A stretch of DNA of 64,000 bases from Ostreococcus lucimarinus. Its lineage: Eukaryota. The translations under genes were made by a program, and so were the position numbers. Below the pieces are notes generated by a model that did not search any database, was not told the origin of the DNA, and saw only the letters and a list, made by a program, of their open reading frames with translations. The stretch is from assembly GCA_000092065.1 (NCBI GenBank), contig CP000601.1. One strand, given 5' to 3'. Below, piece by piece: positions 41,076 to 51,073 of the stretch. How positions within the stretch are numbered: the first letter of the stretch is position 1; each line of letters starts with the position of its first letter.

Positions 41076-41597
41076 ATGGTGGCCGTCGGCGACCAATTCC
41101 CCGACGTCGTCGCGCAATCGCACGAGCCCTCCTGGCCGACGCCGGTGAAGATGCGCGCGCGTCTCGCCGGTAAAAAATCGCTCGTCGTCGGCCTGCCCGG
41201 CGCGTTCACGCCGACGTGATCGACGTGTCAGGTCCCGGGATACCTCGCGGGGCAGGACGCGCTGCGCGCGAGCGGGATCGATGAGGTGCTGGTGATGTGC
41301 GTGAACGACGCCGCCGTCATGGGGGCGTGGGCGATCGATCAAAAGATTCAAGGGTCAAACATTTCGTTCCTCGCGGATCCGAATTCGGTGATCACGAAGG
41401 CGCTGGACGTGGAGCTCGTCGCGCCCGGACCGTGCGCGAAGCTCGGACCGAAGCGATGCAAACGCTTCGCGATGTACGTCGACGATGGGGTGATCAAGGT
41501 GCTGAACGTGAGCGAAGCGCCGGACGATCCCGCGGGAGACGCGCGACCGGAGGCGTCGTGCATCGACAACATGTTGAAGGAAATCGCGGCGTTGTAG
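41076..41597 (+). CDS. Prx5-type (type II) peroxiredoxin with in-frame TGA (41217-41219) at the peroxidatic-Cys position: candidate selenoprotein
   Basis: A single reading frame 41076-41597 reads MVAVGDQFPDVV...GKKSLVVGLPGAFTPT[TGA]STCQVPGYLAGQDALRASGIDEVLVMCVNDAAVMGAWA...FLADPNSVITKALDVEL...KRFAMYVDDGVIKVLNVSE. This aligns to Prx5 PGAFTP[C]S...VNDAFVM...RRYAMLVDDGVVK. The only stop in this frame lies where the catalytic Cys is expected. Confidence 0.65.
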
Positions 41598-41664
41598 ACG
41601 CGCGCGATGACTTTGACGGGACGAAGACGACGAGGTTCAACGCGATGGTTGAGGATGTGCGCGT

Positions 41665-41730
41665 ACGTACGTGACGCGACGCAGCGAAAGGGCTGATGTT
41701 ATTGGCTCGCTGCGTCGTCGATGGAAACGA
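41665..41730 (+). promoter_or_regulatory. Candidate SECIS element in the 3' UTR of the TGA-containing peroxiredoxin
   Basis: 12-bp helix (41676-41687 pairing with 41707-41718) flanked by 5' GUGA (41671-41674) and 3' GA (41720-41721) that could form the non-Watson-Crick quartet. AA at 41688-41689 opens the apical loop. About 70 nt downstream of the TAG stop. Not folded computationally. Confidence 0.35.
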
Positions 41731-42094
41731 ACGCGGCGTCCGACGCCGCCGTCGCCGGAACGCGACGTCGTCTTCTCGAGTTTACTTTATATACAGAATA
41801 AGCGTCGTGCCGCGTCTCGCGACGCGCGGACAAAGGCGGCGTTAGGCGGAGTTTCGTCGATCGATCGTTTTGATTTCCGTTTCTTTCGTCCCCCGAACCT
41901 TTGTGAATACATTTACGCAACGACGAAGAAAAATAAAACCGCGGCGCTCGTCTTCTCGTCCTCCGCCAAACGAACGAACGAATGATGCGCTCTTAAAATT
42001 TAAAAATTAAAAACGGTGATTAATTGCTATTGCTGCGCTGCGCGTGCGAGGAGATGGATACAGTGAATTGAAATTTGTTGTAATCGACGCGCCG

Positions 42095-42140
42095 GGCGTT
42101 TCAGCCGCCCCGACGGGCGTTTCAGCCGCCCCGACGCGAA
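42095..42140. repeat. Tandem duplication of a 22-23 bp unit (GGGCGTTTCAGCCGCCCCGAC x2) in the AOX 3' region
   Basis: Direct observation: ggcgtttcagccgccccgacgggcgtttcagccgccccgacg. Confidence 0.8.
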
Positions 42141-42169
42141 ATTCGAGGCGCGGGATTCGTCCGCGTCTC

Positions 42170-43363
42170 TTAACGGCAGTGTTCCGGGACGAAGCCCGCA
42201 GGCGGCTCGACGAAATTCTCCGGCAACTCGGTGTGACCGACGTGGAACGGATTGGCTTGTCGAATACCCATGGAAGACAGGGTGTGATTGACGTGGGAGT
42301 GCGACGCTTCGTCGGCGCGCACGGCGATGATTAAATCGCGCACCGTGGCGTCGTCGGGCATTCGCCAGTATTTAATCGCGAGCTTGGGCGCGGGCATCGT
42401 CGCCCATTCGCTCGCGGGACCGTCGCCGTCGATGTCGTGCAACGCGTGCGTGTACGTGCGCACGGCTTCCTCTTCAAGATACCCCACGAATCGATGGCAC
42501 GTTCGCGGAGAAATCAGATACGACAGAAAAAAGGCGTTGAAAAACACCCCTTGCGCGCCGAGGACGGCGAGTCGAAACATCAGCCCTGGTTCGCGAAGCT
42601 TCAGGAACGTCAGCAAGTGCATGCGTTCGTTTTCCGCTTCCTCGAGCAAGGTGTGAATCCAACCGTGATCGCGCTTGAGCGTGCGCAGAGACATCATGTG
42701 TCGCAGCATCGCGCCCACCATGCCGGGCACCCCCGCGACGGTTTCCAAAAAGATGAATCTCATCAACCATCCATCCGTGGTGAGCGATTTCTTCGGCGTG
42801 TACCCGGTGACTTTATCGAACGACCATCGCGAGAATTGCACCAACCCGTACGCCAAGTAATCGCGCACGTGTCTCGGCTGTCGATGCGCCGGTTTCACGT
42901 TTTCCACCTGTCGCAAGTCGTACTGCGGGTGAAACAGCATGTACGAGTCCGCGCTCCGCGCCATCGCGGCCGCTAATTTCGCGCTCGCCGCCTCGCTCGC
43001 CTCATCTCGCACCACCTCCGCCGCTCGCGCGCTCGCCTCGCTCGTCGACGACGCGAACGTCCGTCCCTTCCCCCCCCCCGTCGACGCCCCCGCGCGCGCA
43101 CCCTCCCTCGCGCGCGCGCCTCGCTCGCCCGCGCACCGTGCGCACGCGCACGCGCGCGTCCTCGGCGCTCCCATCGCGCGCGCTCCGACGCATCGCCATT
43201 TCATTTCCGGTCCACGCGCCGCCGTCGTCGCGAATCGCGTCGCGCGCGCCGTCACCGCGCGATCCGTCGTCGTCGTCGTCGTCGTCGTCGTCATCGCCCA
43301 TCGCGCGTCGCGTCCTCGGTCGCGCGTCGCGCGTCGCGCGAGTTCCTCCCACGCGCGTCGCAT
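42170..43363 (-). CDS. AOX: Mitochondrial alternative oxidase (AOX)
   Basis: Di-iron carboxylate motifs FLETVAGVPGMVGAMLRH, EEAENERMHLLTF, YLEEEAVRTY, AVRADEASHSHVNH. N-terminal presequence-like region (start Met uncertain within 43000-43363). Confidence 0.88.
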   Translation of the reverse strand: MRRAWEELARRATRDRGRDARWAMTTTTTTTTTDRAVTARATRFATTAARGPEMKWRCVGARAMGAPRTRACACARCAGERGARAREGARAGASTGGGKGRTFASSTSEASARAAEVVRDEASEAASAKLAAAMARSADSYMLFHPQYDLRQVENVKPAHRQPRHVRDYLAYGLVQFSRWSFDKVTGYTPKKSLTTDGWLMRFIFLETVAGVPGMVGAMLRHMMSLRTLKRDHGWIHTLLEEAENERMHLLTFLKLREPGLMFRLAVLGAQGVFFNAFFLSYLISPRTCHRFVGYLEEEAVRTYTHALHDIDGDGPASEWATMPAPKLAIKYWRMPDDATVRDLIIAVRADEASHSHVNHTLSSMGIRQANPFHVGHTELPENFVEPPAGFVPEHCR

Positions 43364-43796
43364 GCCGGGTCGTCGTCGCCGCGTCGCGCCCCGTCGCGTC
43401 GGTCGCGCGTCGCGTCGAGTCGCGATGTGCGACGCCGTCGCGCGCGCGCGGACGAGGCACCCTGGATGCGGTCGTCGGTCGTCCCGTCACTTCCGGGTAT
43501 TTAGGGTTTAGGGTCGGGCGCGCCGGTCGTCGCTTCCGGGTGTGCGCGCGCGCGACGCGTCCGTCGCGTCCGGCGCGCGCGGCGCGCGAGTTCGCGACGC
43601 GATTCGATCGCGGCGACGGCGACGACGCGGATACGACGCGCGCGCGCGCGACGGGGGCGGATCGCGCGCGCGCGCGCGACGCGCGCGTCGAATTCCGATT
43701 CGCGCGCCCGAGGCGGCGTTCGATTGGATTGGATTGGATTCGATCGATCGACGCGAGCGACGGCGCGGATCTCGACCGGCGCGATCACCGCGCGCG

Positions 43797-45170
43797 ATGG
43801 TGCGGCGAGGACGAACGGGCGTCGCGCGGGCGGCGCTGGGCGCGGCGTGCGCGGTGGTGGCGGTGGCGATGACGGCGGCGACGGCGGAGGCGCGGATCGC
43901 GACGTACGAGGTGTCCAAGGACGATAGGAGCTTGATTTTACTGCGCGAACCGTTCGGGTTCGCGGTGGGGGGGACGATGGAGATCGCGCTGAAAGAATCG
44001 CGCGTGTACCTGCCCGAACACGCGCCGCCGCTGGATAAGACAAAGCTCGGGTTTTTCATCACCGAGGCCAAGGACGAGGGCGCGCTCGACGCCGCGCTCG
44101 AGGACGGGGCGTGCGTGTTGGACGTGGATTTCGTCGATCAGGCGTTCACGTTCGCGGATATGGACGCGCAGTTGAAGAAGGGTGAGCGGGAGGTGAGTTC
44201 GTACGAGTTCATGAAGGAGATAAAGGTGCCGGGGGATTACATGCTGTTTTTCGCCAGCTGCGCGCCGCACACGGTGGTGTCGTTTGAGATCACGACGACG
44301 TTTGCGAATAAAGACGCCAGGGGGCGTAATGATTACTTGGGAGCGGGCGAGAAGTCGTTACCGAGCGTGTATTACTTGTTCTTTTTGTTGGACACGTGCG
44401 CGGCCGTGGCGTGGGCGTTCATTCTCGGTCGAGCGAACGGGCAGCGCGGCGTGCGAAAGATTCACTGGCTCATGCTCGCGCTCGTGTGTTTCAAGACGCT
44501 CTCCGTGCTCGCGCAGGCGGGGCGGTATCACATCACGCGACTCACTGGGTCATCGCGTGGATGGACGGCGGCGTACTACGTCTTCACCGTCTGTCGGTCG
44601 ATGCTCATGTTTAGCGTCATCGCCCTCGTGGGCATGGGGTGGAGCTTCTTGAAGCCGTTTTTGCACCAGCGCGAGAAGAATTTGCTCATGGCCGTGATCC
44701 CGCTCCAAGTGCTGGCCAACATAGCCGCGGTCGTGATAGGCGAAGAAGGTCCCGCCGATCAAGGCTGGTTCGCGTGGCAAAACATGTTCATCGTCATCGA
44801 CATCATGTGCTGCTGCGCCGTGTTGGTGCCGATTGTGTGGAGCATCAAGCACTTGCGCGACACCTCGGATTCGAGCGAGAAGAAGGCGAGGAATTTGGAA
44901 AAGCTGTTACTGTTCCGTCACTTTTACGTCATGACCGTGGCGTACATCTACTTCACTCGCATCATCGTCTACTTGCTCAAGTCCACGGTGGAGTACGAGT
45001 TGCGCTGGACGGCGGCGTTTTTCAACGAGCTCGCGACGCTGGCGTACTACGTCGCCACGGGCTACATGTTCAGACCGGAGGAAGAAAACATGTACTTTTC
45101 GCTCAAACACGACGAAGACGAGGACGGGGTAGAGATGAGCGACAGGGCTCGTTGGGGGGACGCGGTGTAG
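43797..45170 (+). CDS. Lung-7TM-receptor family protein (GPR107/GPR108/TMEM87-like), signal peptide + luminal domain + 7 TM
   Basis: Signal peptide MVRRGRTGVARAALGAACAVVAVAMTAATAEA, N-terminal beta-rich domain, then seven hydrophobic helices (YYLFFLLDTCAAVAWAFIL, HWLMLALVCFKTLSVL, AAYYVFTVCRSMLMFSVIALVGMGWSF...). ORF opens at 43542 in a GC tract; start ATG 43797. Confidence 0.7.
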   Translation: MVRRGRTGVARAALGAACAVVAVAMTAATAEARIATYEVSKDDRSLILLREPFGFAVGGTMEIALKESRVYLPEHAPPLDKTKLGFFITEAKDEGALDAALEDGACVLDVDFVDQAFTFADMDAQLKKGEREVSSYEFMKEIKVPGDYMLFFASCAPHTVVSFEITTTFANKDARGRNDYLGAGEKSLPSVYYLFFLLDTCAAVAWAFILGRANGQRGVRKIHWLMLALVCFKTLSVLAQAGRYHITRLTGSSRGWTAAYYVFTVCRSMLMFSVIALVGMGWSFLKPFLHQREKNLLMAVIPLQVLANIAAVVIGEEGPADQGWFAWQNMFIVIDIMCCCAVLVPIVWSIKHLRDTSDSSEKKARNLEKLLLFRHFYVMTVAYIYFTRIIVYLLKSTVEYELRWTAAFFNELATLAYYVATGYMFRPEEENMYFSLKHDEDEDGVEMSDRARWGDAV

Positions 45171-45237
45171 CGCGGCGAGTCGCTGCTTTCGTGCGTAGTC
45201 GATTTAATTGTTTTACAGCAAAGCGAGGACGGCCACT

Positions 45238-45717
45238 TCATTCGAACTTCCGCACGTTCGACATCTCGTCTAACATCGCTTGAATCCCTTCCTCGGTCAA
45301 CCCGCGATCTTCCTGCTCCAAGCTCGGCACTAAAGTCTTCGCCTCGTCCCAATCCTGCGGCTTCAAGTTTGAGATCGCCGCGCCTTCAAAGTCGTGCAAC
45401 CCTGAATTGTTGTGTAATTCCCGAATAGCCGCCGCCGCCGTGCTGCTCGTGTTCCCGCTGAACCGCTTCGCGTACGCTAACGTCTTCTCGAACACCCGCG
45501 TGCGCGTCGTCGACGTCTCCTCCGCTTGTTCGGCGTCGTCGGCGACTTTCGACTCGCACACGATCTTCACCTCGGCGAGCGACAAGCAGTTGGCGTCGTC
45601 GAAATCGGGACCGAGTCGCAGTTCCCCGGCGTCCTCGACGTCTTCCGCGGACTTTCTTCCTATGCACAGCGCGGCGGACATCGAGTCGCGCGCGAGTCCG
45701 AGACTGCGGATCTTCAA
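45238..45717 (-). CDS. RPB4: RNA polymerase II subunit RPB4
   Basis: C-terminal region VFEKTLAYAKRFSGNTSSTAAAAIRELHNNSGLHDFEGAAISNLKPQDWDEAKTLVPSLE...GLTEEGIQAMLDEMSNVRKFE matches the RPB4 HRDC-like fold. Confidence 0.65.
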   Translation of the reverse strand: MKIRSLGLARDSMSAALCIGRKSAEDVEDAGELRLGPDFDDANCLSLAEVKIVCESKVADDAEQAEETSTTRTRVFEKTLAYAKRFSGNTSSTAAAAIRELHNNSGLHDFEGAAISNLKPQDWDEAKTLVPSLEQEDRGLTEEGIQAMLDEMSNVRKFE

Positions 45718-46021
45718 GTAGGGTTGTGGTGCGAGGCGGCGCGGCGAGCGTCGAGCCGCGCGAGCGGCGTCGTCTTACAAATCGTCTAACGTACAATCGC
45801 TCCCTCGAGCGCGCGCGCGCGCGCGAGCGAGACCGCGAATTTCTGCTTCAGTACACGTCCCTCGCCGCGACGCGATGCCCGCGCTTGAGTTTCTTCCTAT
45901 CCGCCTTGACGCCTCGTCGCTCGACGTGCGACAGCGCCTTGTCCAGGGCGGCTCTCTTGCGCTTCGCGATCGCCCTGCGCACCGTCGGCGCGCGTTTCCG
46001 CCCGACGGGCGCCGAGCGCGC

Positions 46022-46065
46022 CGTCGTCGTCGCGTCGTCCGCCGTCGTCGTCGTCGTCGCGACGC

Positions 46066-46106
<41 letters not shown>
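46022..46106. repeat. Imperfect (GTC)n microsatellite
   Basis: Long run of gtcgtc units. Confidence 0.85.
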
Positions 46107-46109
<3 letters not shown>

Positions 46110-46254
46110 CCACCGCCGCCGCCGCGCGCCGTCGTCCCCGCGTCGCCGTCCATGCGCACGTCCGCGCCGCGCGCCGCGAGCTTCATCGCGCGAATGCGCT
46201 CTTTCCTTCGCTTCCCCTTGGCCATGTCGGCGATCGCGCGCCGCGCGCGCCGCG

Positions 46255-46989
46255 ATGGCGCCGCGACGCCGCGACGGCACTTCGATGCGCGCGTCTCGCG
46301 TCGCGCGCGAATTCCGGGGCGTCGTCGAGCGCTCCAGCGCGTCGTACGCCGCGTCGTCGTCGCCGCGATGGCGAAGACGCTCGTCCGACGGCGAGGACGC
46401 GCGCGAGGACGCGACGCCGGAATCCGACGACGCGTTCGAGGCGATGATGGCGATGGATGACGCGTACGGCTCGGGCGTCATGAGTGAGGAAAAGTCGGGT
46501 CGTCCTCGAGAGAGCGCGGCGGAGAAGGCGAAGCGCGTGGCGGCAGAGTTAGCGAAGAGAGGCATCCTAGTCGGCGATCGCGTGCGCGTGGACGTGCGCG
46601 TGGGGGCACCGCTGCCGGCGCGATCGAAAAAGTTCGCGTCGGACGCCGGCGCGGCGTCGGACGCCGGCGCGACGACGTCGACGTCGACGACGGATTCGAC
46701 GGCGACGAAGCGTCGATTCATCACGCGGGCGGTGCACGGATACGTCGTGTGCGTGCGAAACGGCCGCGCGGGGGTGAAACGCACCGGGCGCGGGGACACG
46801 GAGACGTCGTTTCCCACGTATCCGACGGCGTGGTGCACGGCGCTCGACGTCGGCGAGCTTTGGGAGATGTGCACGGGGCCGCGCAACCTCGCCGGGGTTT
46901 CGGGCGCGAGCGACGAGGCGTTGGCGGAGTATCTCAAGGCCACGGGGCAGTCGAGCGACGAGGAGGAGGAGGAAGAGGCTCGCTCGTGA
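46255..46989 (+). CDS. Hypothetical protein (R/S-rich leader, acidic C-terminus)
   Basis: ORF with coding-like 3' half (RFITRAVHGYVVCVRNGRAGVKRTG...WCTALDVGELWEMCTGPRNLAGVSGASDEALAEYLKATGQSSDEEEEEE). No family recognised. Confidence 0.3.
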   Translation: MAPRRRDGTSMRASRVAREFRGVVERSSASYAASSSPRWRRRSSDGEDAREDATPESDDAFEAMMAMDDAYGSGVMSEEKSGRPRESAAEKAKRVAAELAKRGILVGDRVRVDVRVGAPLPARSKKFASDAGAASDAGATTSTSTTDSTATKRRFITRAVHGYVVCVRNGRAGVKRTGRGDTETSFPTYPTAWCTALDVGELWEMCTGPRNLAGVSGASDEALAEYLKATGQSSDEEEEEEARS

Positions 46990-47401
46990 CCGGAGGCTAC
47001 AGACGTCGCGGGCGACTAGCGTTCGCGACGTCGCAGGCGCGTCGTAGGTAAAAGTGTAATTCTAGCGCATCTTAGTTTGCAGTGGCGACCGCGCGCCGCG
47101 AGCGCGAAGTCCGACGACGCGAGCGAGACCAACGTCGGGCAAAAGTATGACGGTACGCGGATTCGAGCCGCGGTTTTTGCGGTATTGTTGAGGTGTACTT
47201 GTGCGCGTATTTAACGCGCCAGAATTCCATGTGTTTCCACAACGCAAGGTACTAACCACTATACGATACCGTCTCCGATTCCCGAGGGACTCTTGACGGG
47301 TTACGAACCATCAGCGCCGGGTCTCGCGCGTTTTCTCGCGTTCGCATTGTTACAGGCGCGCGACTTTCGGCGCGCGCGTCTCGCCGCGCGGAACACCCGC
47401 A

Positions 47402-48445
47402 TTGCGCGCTCGTCTGCGTTCGATGCCTTCGCCACCTCCGACCGTGCCCAAGGCGCGCCCGCGTTGCGGTGAACCCCGCCGCGTGCTCGTCACCGGTGGT
47501 GCCGGCTTCGTCGGGTCGCACCTCGTCGACGCGCTGTTGAAACGCGGCGACGAAGTCATCGTCATGGACAACTTTTTCACCGGCTCGCAGCGCAACTTGG
47601 AGCACTTGAAGGGGAATCCAAAGTTTGAAATCATCCGACACGACATCGTGACGCCGTTCTTGGTGGAGATCGACGAAGTGTATCACTTGGCGTGCCCGGC
47701 GTCGCCGATTCATTACAAATTCAATCCGGTGAAGACGATCAAAACCAACGTCTTGGGGACTATGAACGCGCTCGGGCTCGCGAAGCGGTGCAAGGCGAAA
47801 TTCTTGCTCACGAGCACGTCTGAGGTGTACGGCGATCCGCTCGAGCACCCGCAGACGGAATCGTACTGGGGCAACGTCAATCCGATCGGCGAACGCGCGT
47901 GTTACGATGAGGGCAAACGGTGCGCTGAAACGTTGGCGTTCGATTACCATCGCGAGCACGGTTTGGAAATTCGAGTGGCGAGAATTTTCAACACGTACGG
48001 ACCGCGCATGGCGATGGATGACGGGCGCGTGGTGTCCAACTTCGTCGCGCAAGCGCTGGAGGGCAAACCTATGACAATCTACGGTGATGGCACGCAGACG
48101 CGCTCGTTTCAATACGTCTCTGACCTAGTCGCCGGACTCATCGCGTTGATGGACAACGACTCGGGCTTCGTCGGTCCGGTGAATCTCGGTAACCCCGGTG
48201 AATTCACGATGCTCGAACTCGCGGAGAAGGTGCGCGAAGTCGTGAACCCGAACGCGGAAATCGTGTTCTGCGAGAACACCTCGGACGATCCGAGTCGGCG
48301 CAAGCCAGACATTTCGCTCGCGAAGGAAAAATTAGGCGGTTGGGAACCGAAGGTGAAGCTCGAGGACGGGCTCAAGCTCATGGTGGAAGATTTCCGGGAG
48401 AGAATCGAAGATAAGCGGGCGCGAGACGCGGCGGGAGGACGATGA
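47402..48445 (+). CDS. UXS: UDP-glucuronate decarboxylase (UDP-xylose synthase, UXS)
   Basis: SDR Rossmann [17 protein letters not shown], catalytic YDEGKR, and extended identity to UXS ([60 protein letters not shown]). Confidence 0.92.
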   Translation: MRARLRSMPSPPPTVPKARPRCGEPRRVLVTGGAGFVGSHLVDALLKRGDEVIVMDNFFTGSQRNLEHLKGNPKFEIIRHDIVTPFLVEIDEVYHLACPASPIHYKFNPVKTIKTNVLGTMNALGLAKRCKAKFLLTSTSEVYGDPLEHPQTESYWGNVNPIGERACYDEGKRCAETLAFDYHREHGLEIRVARIFNTYGPRMAMDDGRVVSNFVAQALEGKPMTIYGDGTQTRSFQYVSDLVAGLIALMDNDSGFVGPVNLGNPGEFTMLELAEKVREVVNPNAEIVFCENTSDDPSRRKPDISLAKEKLGGWEPKVKLEDGLKLMVEDFRERIEDKRARDAAGGR

Positions 48446-48579
48446 GCGCCGTACTTCTTAGATGATTATGTTGTAATCTTACGTAACGGTGGCCGAGGTG
48501 TGTCGATGCACGGATTATTGTCGTCTCCGTTAAAAAATAGCTCGAGCGCGCTGTGCTTCGTGGTATCGCTTGGCTTAGC

Positions 48580-49448
48580 TTAGATGGCCTTGAAGTATTC
48601 CTTGGAACCCTTCGGATCCGGCTTCATCGTCGCCGCACCCGGGGTCCAGCCCGCCGGGCAGACTTCATCCGGGTTGTTTTGCACGTGCTGGATGGCTTGA
48701 AGCACGCGCAGCGTTTCGTCGACGGAGCGGCCAAACGGAGCGTTGTTGACGGTGCTGTGCTGAATGACGCCTTCGCGATCGATGATGTACAAACCACGGA
48801 GCGCGGTGCCGTCTTCGTAAAGGACGTCGTAAGCCTCGGTGATTTCGCGCTTAAGGTCGCTCACGAGCGGGTACGCCAAGTCGCCGAGACCGCCGTCGTT
48901 GCGGTCCGTTTGCAACCACGCCAAGTGGGAAAACTTGGAGTCGACGCTGCAGCCGAGAACTTCGGTGTTGAGCTTGGCGAACTCTTCGTAACGATCAGAG
49001 AACGCGGTGATTTCCGTCGGGCACACAAAGGTGAAATCGAGCGGGTAGAAGAACAACACCACGTACTTGCCTCGGTAATCGCTGAGCTTGATGTCTTGGA
49101 ACTCTTGGTCGAAGACGGCTTCGGCGCTGAAGTCCGGCGCTTCGTACCCGACCAACGGCTTGCGCGCTTGCTGCGAGTCGGAAATCGTGGTAACGGTGAT
49201 CGTCAGTCTTCGCCCGTGTCCTCGCGGCCTCCCTCCGCGATCCTCGGCCGGCTCGACCGTTCGCGCGGGCTTCTTTATCCTTCCCCGATCGCATCGTCGT
49301 TCGCGCCGTCGTCGTCCGTCGTCGCTTCGCCTCGCCTCGCGCGCACCACGCGAACGGTCGATCGCGAGAAGTTTTTGTTCGCGCGCCGCGCCTTCAGCCC
49401 CGCCGTGGTCGGGGTGAACGCAGAGGTGCTCGTCATCGCGCTCGCCAT
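48580..49448 (-). CDS. Typical 2-Cys peroxiredoxin (plastid BAS1-like); two exons: 49448-49347 (transit peptide) and 49170-48580
   Basis: Mature domain [10 protein letters not shown]...[27 protein letters not shown]...[18 protein letters not shown]...DEVCPAGW. Upstream exon [34 protein letters not shown] ends at GTGCGC. The 176-nt intron has a CTGAC branch point about 30 nt before the CAG acceptor and joins in frame to QARKPLVGY. Confidence 0.75.
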
Positions 49449-49863
49449 CGTCGTCGTCGTCGTCTCGAAAGTGACGTCGCGTCGACGTCGATCGCCGACC
49501 GCGCGGTCGGGGAAATCCGATTTTCGACGCGCGCGGCCAACACCTGGAAATCAATCTTAATCTTGCGACGGACGACGACCGCACTCCGAGGACACCGACA
49601 CGACGGCGACGCACGCCCGATTGACGTTATCGCACGCACACCGCACGCGCATTCACCTTCACCTTCACCACCGCACCGCGCGCTCGCGGCGACGAGGCGC
49701 TCCGGACGCGCGCGCGCGCGTCGCGCATTCGCGCGCGCGAAGCGCTGGGCACGGCGAGCGATTCGTGTCGAGCGGTCGACGCGACGACGACGACGACGAT
49801 AAGGGCGCGCGCGGCGCGCGCATCGGTGACACCGAACCCGCGCGCGCGATCGGTCGACGCTCG

Positions 49864-50958
49864 ATGTCGGTCGAGATGACGCGGGGAGCGTTGGAAATCG
49901 GGGAGACGACGCTGGAGCGATACTTGGACGCCGCGCTCGCCGCGAGGGCGGCGTCGAGCGAAGGCGCGGCGTCGAGCGCGATCGCAGAGGATGAGGCGAG
50001 CGTGGTGCGATCCATGGCGAAGGCGTGCGTGCGCATAGGAGGATTCGTGCGGCGCGCTGGGTTGAAGGACGTCAAGGCGTTCGTCGAGGGGAAGAACGGC
50101 GCCGTCAACGTGCACGGCGAAGAGCAAGCGGCGCTGGACGACGCCGCGCACGAAGTGTGCGTGAAAGAATTAATACAGGGAGGGCGATGCGCGTGGATCG
50201 CGAGCGAGGAGAGCGAAGATATCGTCACCGCGAACGTCGACGGACGAATCGCCGTCGTTTTCGATCCTTTGGATGGAAGCTCGAACATCGAGTGCGGCGT
50301 CGGCGTCGGGACGATTTTCGGGCTCGTCGACGTCGGCGCGGAATCATCGCCGGAGCACGTGTACGCGCGTCCCGGACGAGACATGTCTACCGTCGGTTAC
50401 GTTTTGTACGGCGCGTCGATGGTGCTCGTTTTGAGCTTCATGTCGGAGGACGCTCACGGCGGCGTGTGCGCGTTTACGTACGACGCCGATCGCGACGCGT
50501 TCGTGCTGACGAAGCGCGATATTCGGATTCCCGAGAGCGGCAACGTGTACAGCGTGAACCAGGCGAACTATAAAAAGTGGGACGACGCCACGCGAGCGTA
50601 CATTGATGAGTGCGCGAGCTCAAAATCTCTTCGCTACATCGGTTCCATGGTCGCAGACGTGCACCGCACGTTGCTCTACGGCGGCACGTTTCATTACCCG
50701 GCGTGTTCGTCAAACGCTCAAGGAAAGCTTCGCGCCGTGTACGAATGCTTTCCCATGGCTGCCATAATAGAGCGCGCGGGTGGTCTGGCTATATCTGGCG
50801 CCAACGATAGCGTGTTGAGTTTCGTTCCGTCCACCGCGCACTCGCGAATGCCCTTCCACTGCGGCAGCGCCCGAGACATCGAGCGTCTGGATGAAATCCT
50901 CTCGAGCGAAGTCCGGGCGGGGAAGAAAGGACGCGTCTCCTCGCCGTCACCGCGATGA
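49864..50958 (+). CDS. FBP: Fructose-1,6-bisphosphatase (FBPase class 1)
   Basis: FBPase blocks VVFDPLDGSSNIECGVGVGTIFGL, GYVLYGASMVLVLS, NVYSVNQANYKKWD, IGSMVADVHRTLLYGGTFHYP, GKLRAVYECFPMAAIIERAGG. ORF opens at 49621; start ATG 49864. Confidence 0.85.
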   Translation: MSVEMTRGALEIGETTLERYLDAALAARAASSEGAASSAIAEDEASVVRSMAKACVRIGGFVRRAGLKDVKAFVEGKNGAVNVHGEEQAALDDAAHEVCVKELIQGGRCAWIASEESEDIVTANVDGRIAVVFDPLDGSSNIECGVGVGTIFGLVDVGAESSPEHVYARPGRDMSTVGYVLYGASMVLVLSFMSEDAHGGVCAFTYDADRDAFVLTKRDIRIPESGNVYSVNQANYKKWDDATRAYIDECASSKSLRYIGSMVADVHRTLLYGGTFHYPACSSNAQGKLRAVYECFPMAAIIERAGGLAISGANDSVLSFVPSTAHSRMPFHCGSARDIERLDEILSSEVRAGKKGRVSSPSPR

Positions 50959-51073
50959 TTTTGAAAGAACGTATTATCTAATATCTATGAATCCGTGTTT
51001 TTGTTCATTTTCACGTAGTACATCGTCGTTGATTAAAAGGTTTGTTCCTAACACTGCCTGGTCATTTCGTCGT

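Noticed and set aside
45848-46225. Small basic ORF MAKGKRRKERIRAMKLAARG...KRKRAALDKALSHVERRGVKADRKKLKRGHRVAARDVY
   Set aside because: Could be a short ribosome-associated basic protein, but a third of it is a poly-Thr run from the (GTC)n microsatellite and it sits in a CG tract. Too weak to call.
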